Shown: positions 29,111 through 38,274 of the stretch, piece after piece
Position numbering within the stretch: position 1 is the first letter of the stretch
Layout: the number at the start of each line of letters is the position of its first letter
Source of the DNA: a virus
Virus record (IMG/VR): IMGVR_UViG_3300013137_000010
Coordinates: 1-64,000 of that record
Strand: one strand, 5' to 3'
DNA: 64,000 nt
Translations under genes and position numbers: made by a program
The notes under the pieces: generated by a model
Told to the model about the DNA's origin: nothing
Database searches by the model: none
The model's input: only the letters and a program-made list of their open reading frames with translations

Positions 29111-31657
29111 ATGAATTATAAAAGAGACGATGTATATGAAGCAACGTTGAAATATTTTAAGGGTGATACTTTGGCAGCTGATGTTTGGGTAAATAAGTAT
29201 GCTCTTAAGGAAACAGTGAATGGTGAAACTGTTTATCACGAATTAACACCAGATGATATGCATAGAAGAATTGCAAAAGAACTGAATAGAATTGAAAATA
29301 AATATGAAAATCCGCTTTCAGAAGATTTGATTTTTGATCTAATAAAAAACTTTGAATATATCATTCCTCAGGGTTCACCAATGTCAGGTATTGGTAATGA
29401 TAAGCAAGTTGTATCTCTATCAAATTGTTTTGTTATTGGTAATCATCCATCTGATTCGTATGGTTCTATTATGCAAATTGATGAAGAACAAATACAATTA
29501 ATGAAACGTAGAGGTGGTGTTGGACATGATCTTTCACATATTAGACCTGCAGGTACACCAGTTAAAAATTCAGCATTAACATCAACTGGCTTAGTTCCTT
29601 TTATGACAAGATACTCTAACTCTACCAATGAAGTTGCACAAGGCGGACGAAGAGGTGCACTAATGCTAACTTGTTCTATTAAACATCCGGATTCAGAACA
29701 TTTTATTGATGCAAAATTGGAACAAGGTAAAGTTACTGGTGCAAATATTTCAGTTAAAGTAACTGATGAATTTATGAAAGCTGCAATGAGCACCAAAGTA
29801 TTTACTCAGCAATTTCCAATTGATTCTGATAATCCTTTGTTTAAAAAAGATATCGATGCACAAAAATTATGGAAAAAGATTATTCACAATGCTTGGAAAT
29901 CCGCTGAACCAGGCGTGCTATTTTGGGATACTTTGATTAATGAATCTGTACCTGATTGTTATCGGGAAGAAGGTTTTGAAACTGTATCAACAAATCCTTG
30001 TGGTGAATTGCCATTATGTCCATATGATTCTTGTAGATTATTAGCTATTAATTTATATAGTTATGTAGTTAACCCATTTACAGATAAATCTTATTTTGAT
30101 TGGAAAAAATTTAAACAGCATGTGATATATGCTGAAAGATTTATGGATGATATAGTTGATTTGGAGTCTGAAAAAATTCAAATGATATTATCTAAAATTG
30201 AGTCTGATCCAGAGCCAGAAAATATTAAACGAGTAGAGAGAGAAACATGGAGTAAAATAATGGAAATGACATTAAAAGGTCGTAGAACTGGTTTAGGTGT
30301 AACATCAGAGGGTGATATGTTAGCTGCACTAGGTTTAAGATATGGAACACCTGAAGCAACTGATTTTTCAACTGAAGTTCATAAAAATTTAGCTATTAGT
30401 GCATATAAATCATCAGCAATTATGGCTAAAGAAAGAGGAACATTTTCAGTTTATAATTATGAAAAAGAACTAAATAATCCATTTATTCAAAGATTAAAAG
30501 AAGCAGATCCTGAATTAGACAGAATGCTTAAAGAATGTGGTAGAAGAAATATTGCATTGCTAACTATTGCGCCAACAGGCTCAGTTTCTATTCTAACTCA
30601 GACAACTTCTGGTATTGAGCCGGCATATCTTGTTTCATATAAAAGAAGAAGAAAAATCAATCCAACCGATAAATCAGGTAGAATTGATTTTATAGATGCT
30701 GAAGGTGTGAAGTGGGAAGAATATAATGTCTTTCATCATAAATTTGAGACCTGGTTGAAAGTTAATGGTTATAATGTGAATGAAGTTAAAAATATGAAGG
30801 ATTCTGAGTTAAAACCAGTCATTGAAAAATCACCATATTATAAAGCTACATCAAACGATGTTGATTGGGTTGAAAAAGTTAGAATGCAAGGTATGATTCA
30901 AAAATTCGTTGATCATTCAATTTCAGTAACTGTTAATTTACCAAATAATGTAACCGAAGAAATTGTATCTAAAGTTTATGAAACTGGTTGGTCGAGTGGA
31001 TGTAAAGGTTTAACAATTTATCGTGACGGATCTCGCCAAGGTGTTATTATGTCAAATGAAGGTACTACTCAGAATGTTGTTAAAGAGCCTGAAGAAAATA
31101 ATGCAAAACCAAGACCTAAGCGTCTTGAATGTGAGGTTGTTAGATTTACTAATAATAAAGAAAAGTGGGTTGGTTTCTTAGGATTAATGACTGATGATAA
31201 AGGTGAGAAATATCCATACGAACTTTTTACAGGTTTATTGGATGAATTTTACGTTCCACCAAGTGTAGAAAAAGGCGAAATTGTTAAATTTAAAGAGGGT
31301 GGTGAGAAAAGCAGATATGACTTTGTTTATAAGGATAAAGATGGTTATCATGTAACAATGGAAGGCTTAAATAGAGCTTTTGATAGAGAATTTTGGAATG
31401 TTAGTAAATTTTTATCTGCATTTTTGAGACATAGAATACATTTACCTAGTGTTATTAATCTTATAGATAGTCTCCAATTAAGTTCAGATGTTGCTGCGTT
31501 TGGAACCTGGAAAAGTGGGGTAAAAAGAATTATTAAGAAGTATATTAACTCAACAGTTGCCGGTGAATCGTGTCCTGAGTGTGGTTCTACAGATTTAAAA
31601 TATGAAGCTGGCTGCAAAACTTGCAACAACTGTGGATGGAGTAAATGTTCTGATTAA
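29111..31657 (+). CDS. nrdJ: Class II (adenosylcobalamin-dependent) ribonucleotide reductase
   Basis: SNCFV, RRGGVG, QGGRRGALM, TNPCGELPL, TIAPTG, YRDGSR and a C-terminal CPECG...CNNCGWSKC. Confidence 0.92.
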   Translation: MNYKRDDVYEATLKYFKGDTLAADVWVNKYALKETVNGETVYHELTPDDMHRRIAKELNRIENKYENPLSEDLIFDLIKNFEYIIPQGSPMSGIGNDKQVVSLSNCFVIGNHPSDSYGSIMQIDEEQIQLMKRRGGVGHDLSHIRPAGTPVKNSALTSTGLVPFMTRYSNSTNEVAQGGRRGALMLTCSIKHPDSEHFIDAKLEQGKVTGANISVKVTDEFMKAAMSTKVFTQQFPIDSDNPLFKKDIDAQKLWKKIIHNAWKSAEPGVLFWDTLINESVPDCYREEGFETVSTNPCGELPLCPYDSCRLLAINLYSYVVNPFTDKSYFDWKKFKQHVIYAERFMDDIVDLESEKIQMILSKIESDPEPENIKRVERETWSKIMEMTLKGRRTGLGVTSEGDMLAALGLRYGTPEATDFSTEVHKNLAISAYKSSAIMAKERGTFSVYNYEKELNNPFIQRLKEADPELDRMLKECGRRNIALLTIAPTGSVSILTQTTSGIEPAYLVSYKRRRKINPTDKSGRIDFIDAEGVKWEEYNVFHHKFETWLKVNGYNVNEVKNMKDSELKPVIEKSPYYKATSNDVDWVEKVRMQGMIQKFVDHSISVTVNLPNNVTEEIVSKVYETGWSSGCKGLTIYRDGSRQGVIMSNEGTTQNVVKEPEENNAKPRPKRLECEVVRFTNNKEKWVGFLGLMTDDKGEKYPYELFTGLLDEFYVPPSVEKGEIVKFKEGGEKSRYDFVYKDKDGYHVTMEGLNRAFDREFWNVSKFLSAFLRHRIHLPSVINLIDSLQLSSDVAAFGTWKSGVKRIIKKYINSTVAGESCPECGSTDLKYEAGCKTCNNCGWSKCSD

Positions 31658-31818
31658 TTTTAAAATAATCCACATATTTTACATTTTTGACAACCAATAT
31701 TTTACAAGGTGGTGAAAATGTTATAAATATAAAGATGTGCTGTTGAAAGAGCAGGTAAAAAATATTTATTGATTCTTGATAAAGATTATTCTGATTTTGA
31801 AAAAATTATGAATTTAAT

Positions 31819-33009
31819 ATGACACAATTTGTTACTAGATTTAGAGATGATCACGTTTATTTAGAAATCGTAGGTGATGTAGATGATACAAATGAATATT
31901 TTGTTGAATTTATAGACGAAAATTCTGGAACGATTGAATATTCCACCATAATTAAAGTTAATTATTGGTCAAAAATTAATACTAATGAAGATAAAAATAT
32001 AACAATTAGAATAACATCTAATGATACAGTTATATTTGAGAGAAATCAAAATTACAAATATAATAGAGTCTATATTTTGATAGGTTCAACATCTCTCGGA
32101 GATAGCATTGCATGGATTCCTTGTGTTGAAGAATATAGAAAATTACATAATAATGTTAAAGTTGTATTATTTACATATCATAATTATCTATTTAACAAAG
32201 CATATCCTGATATTGAATTTACTAATGTATCTAATCCTGATTATATCAACGATGTAGACAAGAAATTTAGGATTGATTATGGACCTGAACTTTATAGAGT
32301 TAATAATATTCTGGCTCCTGAGCTTTGGAAAGTGGCTAATCAAAAGTATGATAATGTTATCAAATATTTTGATTATAGAACTTGTTCATTGCAATCTATA
32401 GGCAATATGATATTAGGTTTACCTAATATTGAAATTATACCTAAGGTAAATATACCTGATGATAATGGTCCTAAGATAAAAGGTAAGTATGTTGTTGTTG
32501 CAATTCAATCTACATCTCAACTAAAATATTGGAATAATCCTTTTGGCTGGGAGAGGTTGTTTGATTTTTTAGGTAGAAATGGTTATAAGGTTGTTATTAT
32601 TGATAAATATAAGAATTTCGGTGTAACTGGATATTTTAATCAAGCACCTAAAAGTAAATATGTGATAGATAAAACTGGAGATTATCCACTAAGCGATAGA
32701 ATAACAGATATTAAATATGCTGAAATGATGATTACAATTAGTTCTGGTTTGGCTTGGCTATCCTGGGCTGTTGGAACTTCTGTGGTTATGATAAGTGGAT
32801 TCACCAAACCATCAAATGAGTTCCAGAGTAATATTATTAGAATTCATAATCCAAATGTTTGTAATGGATGTTGGAATGACACATCTATAACTTTTGATGC
32901 AGTAGATTGGTTATTTTGTCCTAGGAAGCAAGATTTTATTTGCTCTAAAGCTATATTACCTAAAGATGTGATAGATGCTGTTAAGAGATTTATGAAAAAA
33001 GAGAGCTAA
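31819..33009 (+). CDS. Aah/TibC-like protein O-heptosyltransferase
   Basis: SLGDSIAWIP, QSTSQLKYWNNPFGW, SSGLAWLSWAVG, ISGFT and CNGCWN...WLFCP...CSK. Confidence 0.85.
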   Translation: MTQFVTRFRDDHVYLEIVGDVDDTNEYFVEFIDENSGTIEYSTIIKVNYWSKINTNEDKNITIRITSNDTVIFERNQNYKYNRVYILIGSTSLGDSIAWIPCVEEYRKLHNNVKVVLFTYHNYLFNKAYPDIEFTNVSNPDYINDVDKKFRIDYGPELYRVNNILAPELWKVANQKYDNVIKYFDYRTCSLQSIGNMILGLPNIEIIPKVNIPDDNGPKIKGKYVVVAIQSTSQLKYWNNPFGWERLFDFLGRNGYKVVIIDKYKNFGVTGYFNQAPKSKYVIDKTGDYPLSDRITDIKYAEMMITISSGLAWLSWAVGTSVVMISGFTKPSNEFQSNIIRIHNPNVCNGCWNDTSITFDAVDWLFCPRKQDFICSKAILPKDVIDAVKRFMKKES

Positions 33010-33389
33010 ATGGCTCTCTTTTCTATTTTATTGAGTTTATCTATTCTGGTTTCTCTTAGATATCTTGGACGATCTACCTCTATTAGTATTTTATTTCTAT
33101 TTTGAATATCTTTTGTGATCTGAATTTTATATTTTTTAATAGATTTACGAGAAAAAAATAATCCCCAAGACCAAATAATGAAACAAAGATTCCATGAAAT
33201 AAAATTAATAAGATTAATTGTATCTGATAGATCTTTGTTTATGATAATCATTTTAATTATTAAAAATAAATAAAGCAGAGAAAATATTATAGAACAAATG
33301 AAATAAAGTTTCATTCTTTTTAACGCTTTTTTTGATCTTTTTATAGAATATTCATAATATTCTAATATTTCACTATTAAGTTTATTCAT
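33006..33389 (-). CDS. Small membrane protein (2 TM; RIDKLNKI C-terminus)
   Basis: Two hydrophobic segments. Confidence 0.7.
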   Translation of the reverse strand: MNKLNSEILEYYEYSIKRSKKALKRMKLYFICSIIFSLLYLFLIIKMIIINKDLSDTINLINFISWNLCFIIWSWGLFFSRKSIKKYKIQITKDIQNRNKILIEVDRPRYLRETRIDKLNKIEKRAI

Positions 33390-33409
33390 ATTTTTTGTTT
33401 TATAAGAGT

Positions 33410-33446
33410 AAAAAGTAAAGCCACCTTTAAGGTGGCTTTACTTTTT
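33410..33446. terminator. Intrinsic terminator
   Basis: aaaaagtaaagccacctt/aaggtggctttacttttt perfect inverted repeat after the AAA gene. Confidence 0.85.
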
Positions 33447-33458
33447 CTTTGTTAATGA

Positions 33459-34733
33459 TTATTTTTCATCATCATCAACATGCTTCATTATGGCATCACG
33501 GAATTTATTGAATCTCTTATCAGCCAAGAATTTTTCAGCTGCTTTGTTGTCTTTAGTATCCTCGGAGAGTGTATATTCAACATCAAGAACGTGAAGCAGG
33601 TAACCTACAATTTCATCATCAGAGATAGTCTGAAGGAACCTGACAAGGTTTTCCTGCTCTTTTGGTTTCAACTGAGAGATCTTCCTTTCTTTCATGTTAG
33701 TAAGAAGTTCGGATTTCTTATCACGGTTGAAGTTTTTAATATCATCTTCAATTTCATCAAACCTGTTAAGAACATCATCAAGAGTGATTTTGAGAGTATC
33801 TTCACAGTATCGGATAAATCGAGCGTTAGATGCACCAACATAACCATGTCCGATTTCTTTAATATCGTTGATCCAGACACGAATATTCGGAAATTTCTTA
33901 ATCATAATCGGAGCTTTGGTATTTTCATCAAGAATATCATTTCCCCTCGGGTCTTTTTTAGTTACCCATTCGCCATAGTTTTCAAAGATATAATCTGAGA
34001 GAAAAGTCCAGGAACGAGGTGTTGCATAGGCTTTATTCCTCTGATTTCTTTCATCTGGTTTTTTGTAATAGTGTTCAGTGTGTGTTTTCAAAAACTGAAC
34101 AATTACCGGACAAACATTTTCATTGGCATACTGCTCAACCCATTCTGGATAAGGCAAAGTATGTTCAATGTGGATCAGACGGTTGTTAAGAGCCTGGTCA
34201 AATTCTTCAACATCAGTACCATCTTCTTCACCAAGGTTACCTGATGCACACATCATTACATTTGAATTAAATTTGAAGAAAGCACCGATTTCACGTTCAA
34301 GAAGCATCTGAAGTGCAGCGTTACGAACAGCAAGAGTGGAACGGTTCAATTCCTCAAAGTGAATAATTGACGGTTTTTCATTTGCAATATAAGCCCATTT
34401 TGGTGCAACGTGAGCAAGCATTTTCTGCTTAACAATATTACCTTCACTATTAGTGATGTCGCACTCATCAACAGCAGGAAATAGACCCACATCAGTTTCA
34501 TCCACCATTGAAAGTCGAATATCAAAATACTGAAACCCCATCTTATTTGCGATAGATCTCATAATTGCGGATTTAGCATATCCAGGAGCAGATTGAATGT
34601 AGAGAACACCACTTTTAGCATTCATCATCTTAAAATACCTTTTTTCTCTGTCGGAGAGAGATTCAAAACCTTTCGGGAACTTGTTCGCACCTTCGAAAGA
34701 AATACCTTTACCGATTTTGTTTTTAACTGCCAT
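33459..34733 (-). CDS. MoxR/AAA_5-like ATPase
   Basis: SAPGYAKS, DIRLS, FEELNRS, SGNLGEEDG, ALNNR and TPRSW. Confidence 0.85.
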   Translation of the reverse strand: MAVKNKIGKGISFEGANKFPKGFESLSDREKRYFKMMNAKSGVLYIQSAPGYAKSAIMRSIANKMGFQYFDIRLSMVDETDVGLFPAVDECDITNSEGNIVKQKMLAHVAPKWAYIANEKPSIIHFEELNRSTLAVRNAALQMLLEREIGAFFKFNSNVMMCASGNLGEEDGTDVEEFDQALNNRLIHIEHTLPYPEWVEQYANENVCPVIVQFLKTHTEHYYKKPDERNQRNKAYATPRSWTFLSDYIFENYGEWVTKKDPRGNDILDENTKAPIMIKKFPNIRVWINDIKEIGHGYVGASNARFIRYCEDTLKITLDDVLNRFDEIEDDIKNFNRDKKSELLTNMKERKISQLKPKEQENLVRFLQTISDDEIVGYLLHVLDVEYTLSEDTKDNKAAEKFLADKRFNKFRDAIMKHVDDDEK

Positions 34734-34767
34734 AATGAATTATTATTTATGTTTCTTAATTAGATTA

Positions 34768-34798
34768 CAAATATACGGTTTTATTTTTTATCACCAAA
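34768..34798 (-). promoter_or_regulatory. Bacteroidota sigma-A type promoter
   Basis: TTTG-N19-TATATTTG on the minus strand, about 35 nt upstream of the start. Confidence 0.75.
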
Positions 34799-34816
34799 AC
34801 AAATTATATATTTTTT

Positions 34817-35722
34817 TTATTTTTTTATGATTTTTCGAGCCTCATTATTGTTCACGATAATGAAATATAATCCTGATGAAATGTTCATGTTCATTTTATA
34901 TTCTTTAGTTAGTTCATCTTTAAATGTTTTATAAACCAGGAGTTTACCAGTCGCATCAAAAATTTTAATATTTTCAATTGGATGCCCACTACTAATATTT
35001 AGCACACTCGTAACTGGATTTGGATAAAGATTGAGTGAATTTTCTGCGATGTTATTCTCAATTCCTGTAAATGTTGATCTAATTGGTATTTGAGATATAC
35101 CAATTACTTTTCTATTTGAATCCTCAATAATTATTGTTAATTCACTATTATCAAGTGTCCAGTTACTTTTAAATGCGATAGAATATTTGATTTCAGTGCC
35201 ATTATATAGTGTGTCATACATAATTTGTCGCATTACATGCATATATTTCGTACCTGGAAAATTTTCCGTTACCATAGCAACAATATGCATCTCACCTGTA
35301 TATATACCCGATAAATTAACATAAGTAGTAAAAACATTAAGAGGTGGATTCATATATGCAAACCTTTCTATTTTGCTTTTTACTGATGGTGTTATACAAA
35401 AACGAGTAGAAATAGAATCTATTTCTTTCCATTTATCTAAACTCAATAGATCATTATCACTGAGTTTGTATCCTTTAATAAATACACTAGGAATAACATT
35501 TGCACCGAGTTGAGTCATACGTTTACTAACATCTGGATTTTTCAAAGTATCAGAACTCCAAAAATGATTCATGACATAAGCCATATTTAGGCTTGCACAT
35601 AAAGTCTTAAGACTATCATATTCCTGTGTGAATTTATTTACAAAGAACTCACCGAAACTTTGCTGAGCGAATGCTGATGTAATTGTCAAAAAAGCAATTA
35701 CTGTTAAAAATACTTTTTTCAT
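34817..35722 (-). CDS. Secreted protein with an Omp28-like region and a T9SS type A C-terminal sorting domain
   Basis: Signal peptide MKKVFLTVIAFLTITSAFA; C-terminal LNLYPNPV...IKIFDATGKLL...GLYFI...KIIKK. Confidence 0.85.
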   Translation of the reverse strand: MKKVFLTVIAFLTITSAFAQQSFGEFFVNKFTQEYDSLKTLCASLNMAYVMNHFWSSDTLKNPDVSKRMTQLGANVIPSVFIKGYKLSDNDLLSLDKWKEIDSISTRFCITPSVKSKIERFAYMNPPLNVFTTYVNLSGIYTGEMHIVAMVTENFPGTKYMHVMRQIMYDTLYNGTEIKYSIAFKSNWTLDNSELTIIIEDSNRKVIGISQIPIRSTFTGIENNIAENSLNLYPNPVTSVLNISSGHPIENIKIFDATGKLLVYKTFKDELTKEYKMNMNISSGLYFIIVNNNEARKIIKK

Positions 35723-35741
35723 GTTATTTATATTAAATTAT

Positions 35742-36767
35742 TTAATTGTTATCATTATTATCATTATCATTTTCTATATCATCATCTTCATTCTCTGAAG
35801 AAATTTTATCAATATATTCTTTTTCTTTTCTTTCTCTTTCTGCTTTAAATATCGGAACCAAATAGTCAATTACATAATTAAATCTATCAGTGCTATTTTT
35901 GAATTCCCATTCTGAAACATCAGATAAATCAACATCATAGAGATTTGCTAAAAATTCATAATCTGGCATACAGTTTGGTGTTTCATTCTTTTCGATTTTA
36001 ATTACGTTTTCAGTAATCAAAACAGTTTTATCAAATCTTAGAATTGCAGTATATGAATGTTCGTTATTATCTGTTAAAAAAACATCTAATTTATCATTGT
36101 CAAGTGAAATAGGCTCAACTCTACACACAAAAGGATTATCATTAACTTTAATCCAAGTATTTGGATCTATCAAATTCGAGATAATTCTTTCCAATACTTC
36201 TTCCAAATTAAAATCTCTCTTCTCATATTCAACAACACTTTCTAAATTATCTTTTAATAATTTAAATAGATTATTTTCATATTCTAAAAGAGCTTCTTCC
36301 CTTTTTTTCTTTTTACTATTCATTTGTTCAATCAATTCTCCCCATAACTCTTTCTGATGCTCTTCATGTTCTTTTTGTTTAGCATCCTCATAAGCTTCAG
36401 GATCTTTTTTATAAAGAAGAGAATCCTTTATCTCCAAAATACGATATTCATCTTTAATTTCTTCGATAAAAGAAGAAAAATCAGTATCTTCTGTCAATTT
36501 GTCATTAAGTTGATACTTGAGTTTTTCTGTATTCTCTTCTTCTGTAAAAAAGATACATGGTGCAAATTTTTCAATTTTTACATCACAACCCTTAATAAGA
36601 TTTTCAGCAATCAGTGTAGGATAGAATTCATAAAGTTCCCTATCTAATTTAGAACCGTTCTTAATAAGATAGATTAAGTGTCCATTAGGTTCTTCTGTTT
36701 TAATAAGATGATAATTATATTTTACATCTTCTGTAAAAAGGTTCATTAGATTTTTTTTCTTGTTCAT
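35742..36767 (-). CDS. Hypothetical acidic protein
   Basis: 341-aa ORF. Confidence 0.75.
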   Translation of the reverse strand: MNKKKNLMNLFTEDVKYNYHLIKTEEPNGHLIYLIKNGSKLDRELYEFYPTLIAENLIKGCDVKIEKFAPCIFFTEEENTEKLKYQLNDKLTEDTDFSSFIEEIKDEYRILEIKDSLLYKKDPEAYEDAKQKEHEEHQKELWGELIEQMNSKKKKREEALLEYENNLFKLLKDNLESVVEYEKRDFNLEEVLERIISNLIDPNTWIKVNDNPFVCRVEPISLDNDKLDVFLTDNNEHSYTAILRFDKTVLITENVIKIEKNETPNCMPDYEFLANLYDVDLSDVSEWEFKNSTDRFNYVIDYLVPIFKAERERKEKEYIDKISSENEDDDIENDNDNNDNN

Positions 36768-37082
36768 AATTTAATATTAATTATTATTCGTTAGCATGAT
36801 ATAAAATCATAGCACCAGATTCTAAAATTAGAGGTTCTTTATTTAAACAGATATAACTTCAGTATAATGAAGATTCTCTAATTCTTTTCTCGCATCTTCT
36901 AGTGTTTCTGATAATGAAAGCAAAATTTCATATTCTGTTGTCCAGATATATAATTTTTTCATATTCTTATTTTTTACAAATATAATCATTTCTTTTTAAT
37001 AAAAAAATTTTGGAAAGATTAAAAAAGATAAAAAAAGATAAAAAAAGATAAAAATGACTTTTAAATATTTATATATAACATA

Positions 37083-37226
37083 ATGAGAAATTTAAAAAAT
37101 ATAAAAATAGATGAGAATTTGCATATAGAATTAAAGAAATATGCAAAGGAAAATTCACTTAAGTTGAATGAATGGATTGAGAAACTTATTAAAATGGAAT
37201 TTGAAAAAATAAAGAATAAAGAATGA
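37083..37226 (+). CDS. Small ribbon-helix-helix DNA-binding protein
   Basis: MRNLKNIKIDENLHIELKKYAKENSLKLNEWIEKLI; ATGA overlap with the downstream endonuclease. Confidence 0.65.
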   Translation: MRNLKNIKIDENLHIELKKYAKENSLKLNEWIEKLIKMEFEKIKNKE

Positions 37227-38245
37227 TAATAGATGAATATGTTTTTGTTAAGCCAAACAATCATAGTATAATGCATTATATAAATAAAGGTTATGATGCA
37301 AAGTGTAGAAAAGAATTATTAATTAAAGTAGATGATTTGACACCTTCATCTAGAGTGAAAGTTAATTGCAAATGTGAGAAATGTGGAAATATTAAAAGTA
37401 TAAGATATCAAGATTATTATAAATGTTTAAAATTGAATAATATATATTTATGTAGTAATTGCAAATTCGAAAAAACAAAAATTACAAATAATGAACGATA
37501 TGGAAAAGATGATTCTTTTAATATGGAAAAAACGATTAGGACTATGAATATTAAATATGGTTGTAATTATTCTTTACAAAATAAAGAAATAAAAAATAAA
37601 AAAGAAAATACTTGTGTAGAAAGATATGGTTATAAAAATGCTTCTGAAAATTACGATATTAAAAATAAAGTAAAACAAACTAATATTAGAATATTTTTAG
37701 ATATGGATAAGAAACAGTCTATTTTAAATAAAAGAAAAGAAACATGTATAGAGAAATATGGTGTTGATAATTATAGTAAGACTGAAGAATATAAATTAAA
37801 ATCAGAAAGTACTTGTATGAAAAAATATGGTTATAAACATAATGGATCTGTACCAGAATTAATAAAAAAAAGATTAGAATCTAGAAATATAATTAATTCA
37901 CAAGAACGAAGTTTATTTTTTTTGTATAAGAAAGATGTGAATAAAATTAGTAGAAGGTTCAGTAAAAAATTACTTGAAGAATGGAATGGTTATGATTATT
38001 ATGATGGAGAATTAATAATAAATAATTTTTTATTAAAGAAAAATTCAAGATTATATCCATCAATCGATCATAAGATTCCTATTTATTACGGATTTGTTAA
38101 TAACATCAAACCAGAGATTATTGGTGAAATAGATAATTTATGTATTACAAAAAAATATATAAATTCTAGAAAAAAGAATATGATATATGAGCCAAAATTA
38201 TTAATTAAAATCAAATTGAAAATAGTTGATGATATAATTAAATAA
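37223..38245 (+). CDS. Putative HNH-type homing endonuclease with KxTxxxKYG repeats
   Basis: Zinc ribbon CEKC, repeated TCxEKYG units, SIDHKIP...NLCITKKYINSRK. Confidence 0.75.
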   Translation: MIIDEYVFVKPNNHSIMHYINKGYDAKCRKELLIKVDDLTPSSRVKVNCKCEKCGNIKSIRYQDYYKCLKLNNIYLCSNCKFEKTKITNNERYGKDDSFNMEKTIRTMNIKYGCNYSLQNKEIKNKKENTCVERYGYKNASENYDIKNKVKQTNIRIFLDMDKKQSILNKRKETCIEKYGVDNYSKTEEYKLKSESTCMKKYGYKHNGSVPELIKKRLESRNIINSQERSLFFLYKKDVNKISRRFSKKLLEEWNGYDYYDGELIINNFLLKKNSRLYPSIDHKIPIYYGFVNNIKPEIIGEIDNLCITKKYINSRKKNMIYEPKLLIKIKLKIVDDIIK

Positions 38246-38272
38246 AAAAGCCAGTTTTTAACTGGCTTTTTT
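38244..38272. terminator. Bidirectional intrinsic terminator
   Basis: aaaaaagccagt-tttta-actggctttttt between convergent genes. Confidence 0.8.
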
Positions 38273-38274
38273 AT

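Noticed and set aside
29111-31657. Intein or intron in the ribonucleotide reductase
   Set aside because: Motifs are continuous and the length is normal for NrdJ.
33480-33998. 172-aa antisense ORF over the AAA ATPase, and similar shadow ORFs across the window
   Set aside because: Fully overlap well-supported genes on the other strand or frame and have no motifs.
36780-36962. Short minus-strand frames MKKLYIWTT... possibly frameshifted
   Set aside because: Too short and featureless to assign, although an upstream promoter element suggests a small or decayed gene.
37021-37050. Three copies of aaaaaagata
   Set aside because: Short low-complexity A-rich repeat with no evidence of function.
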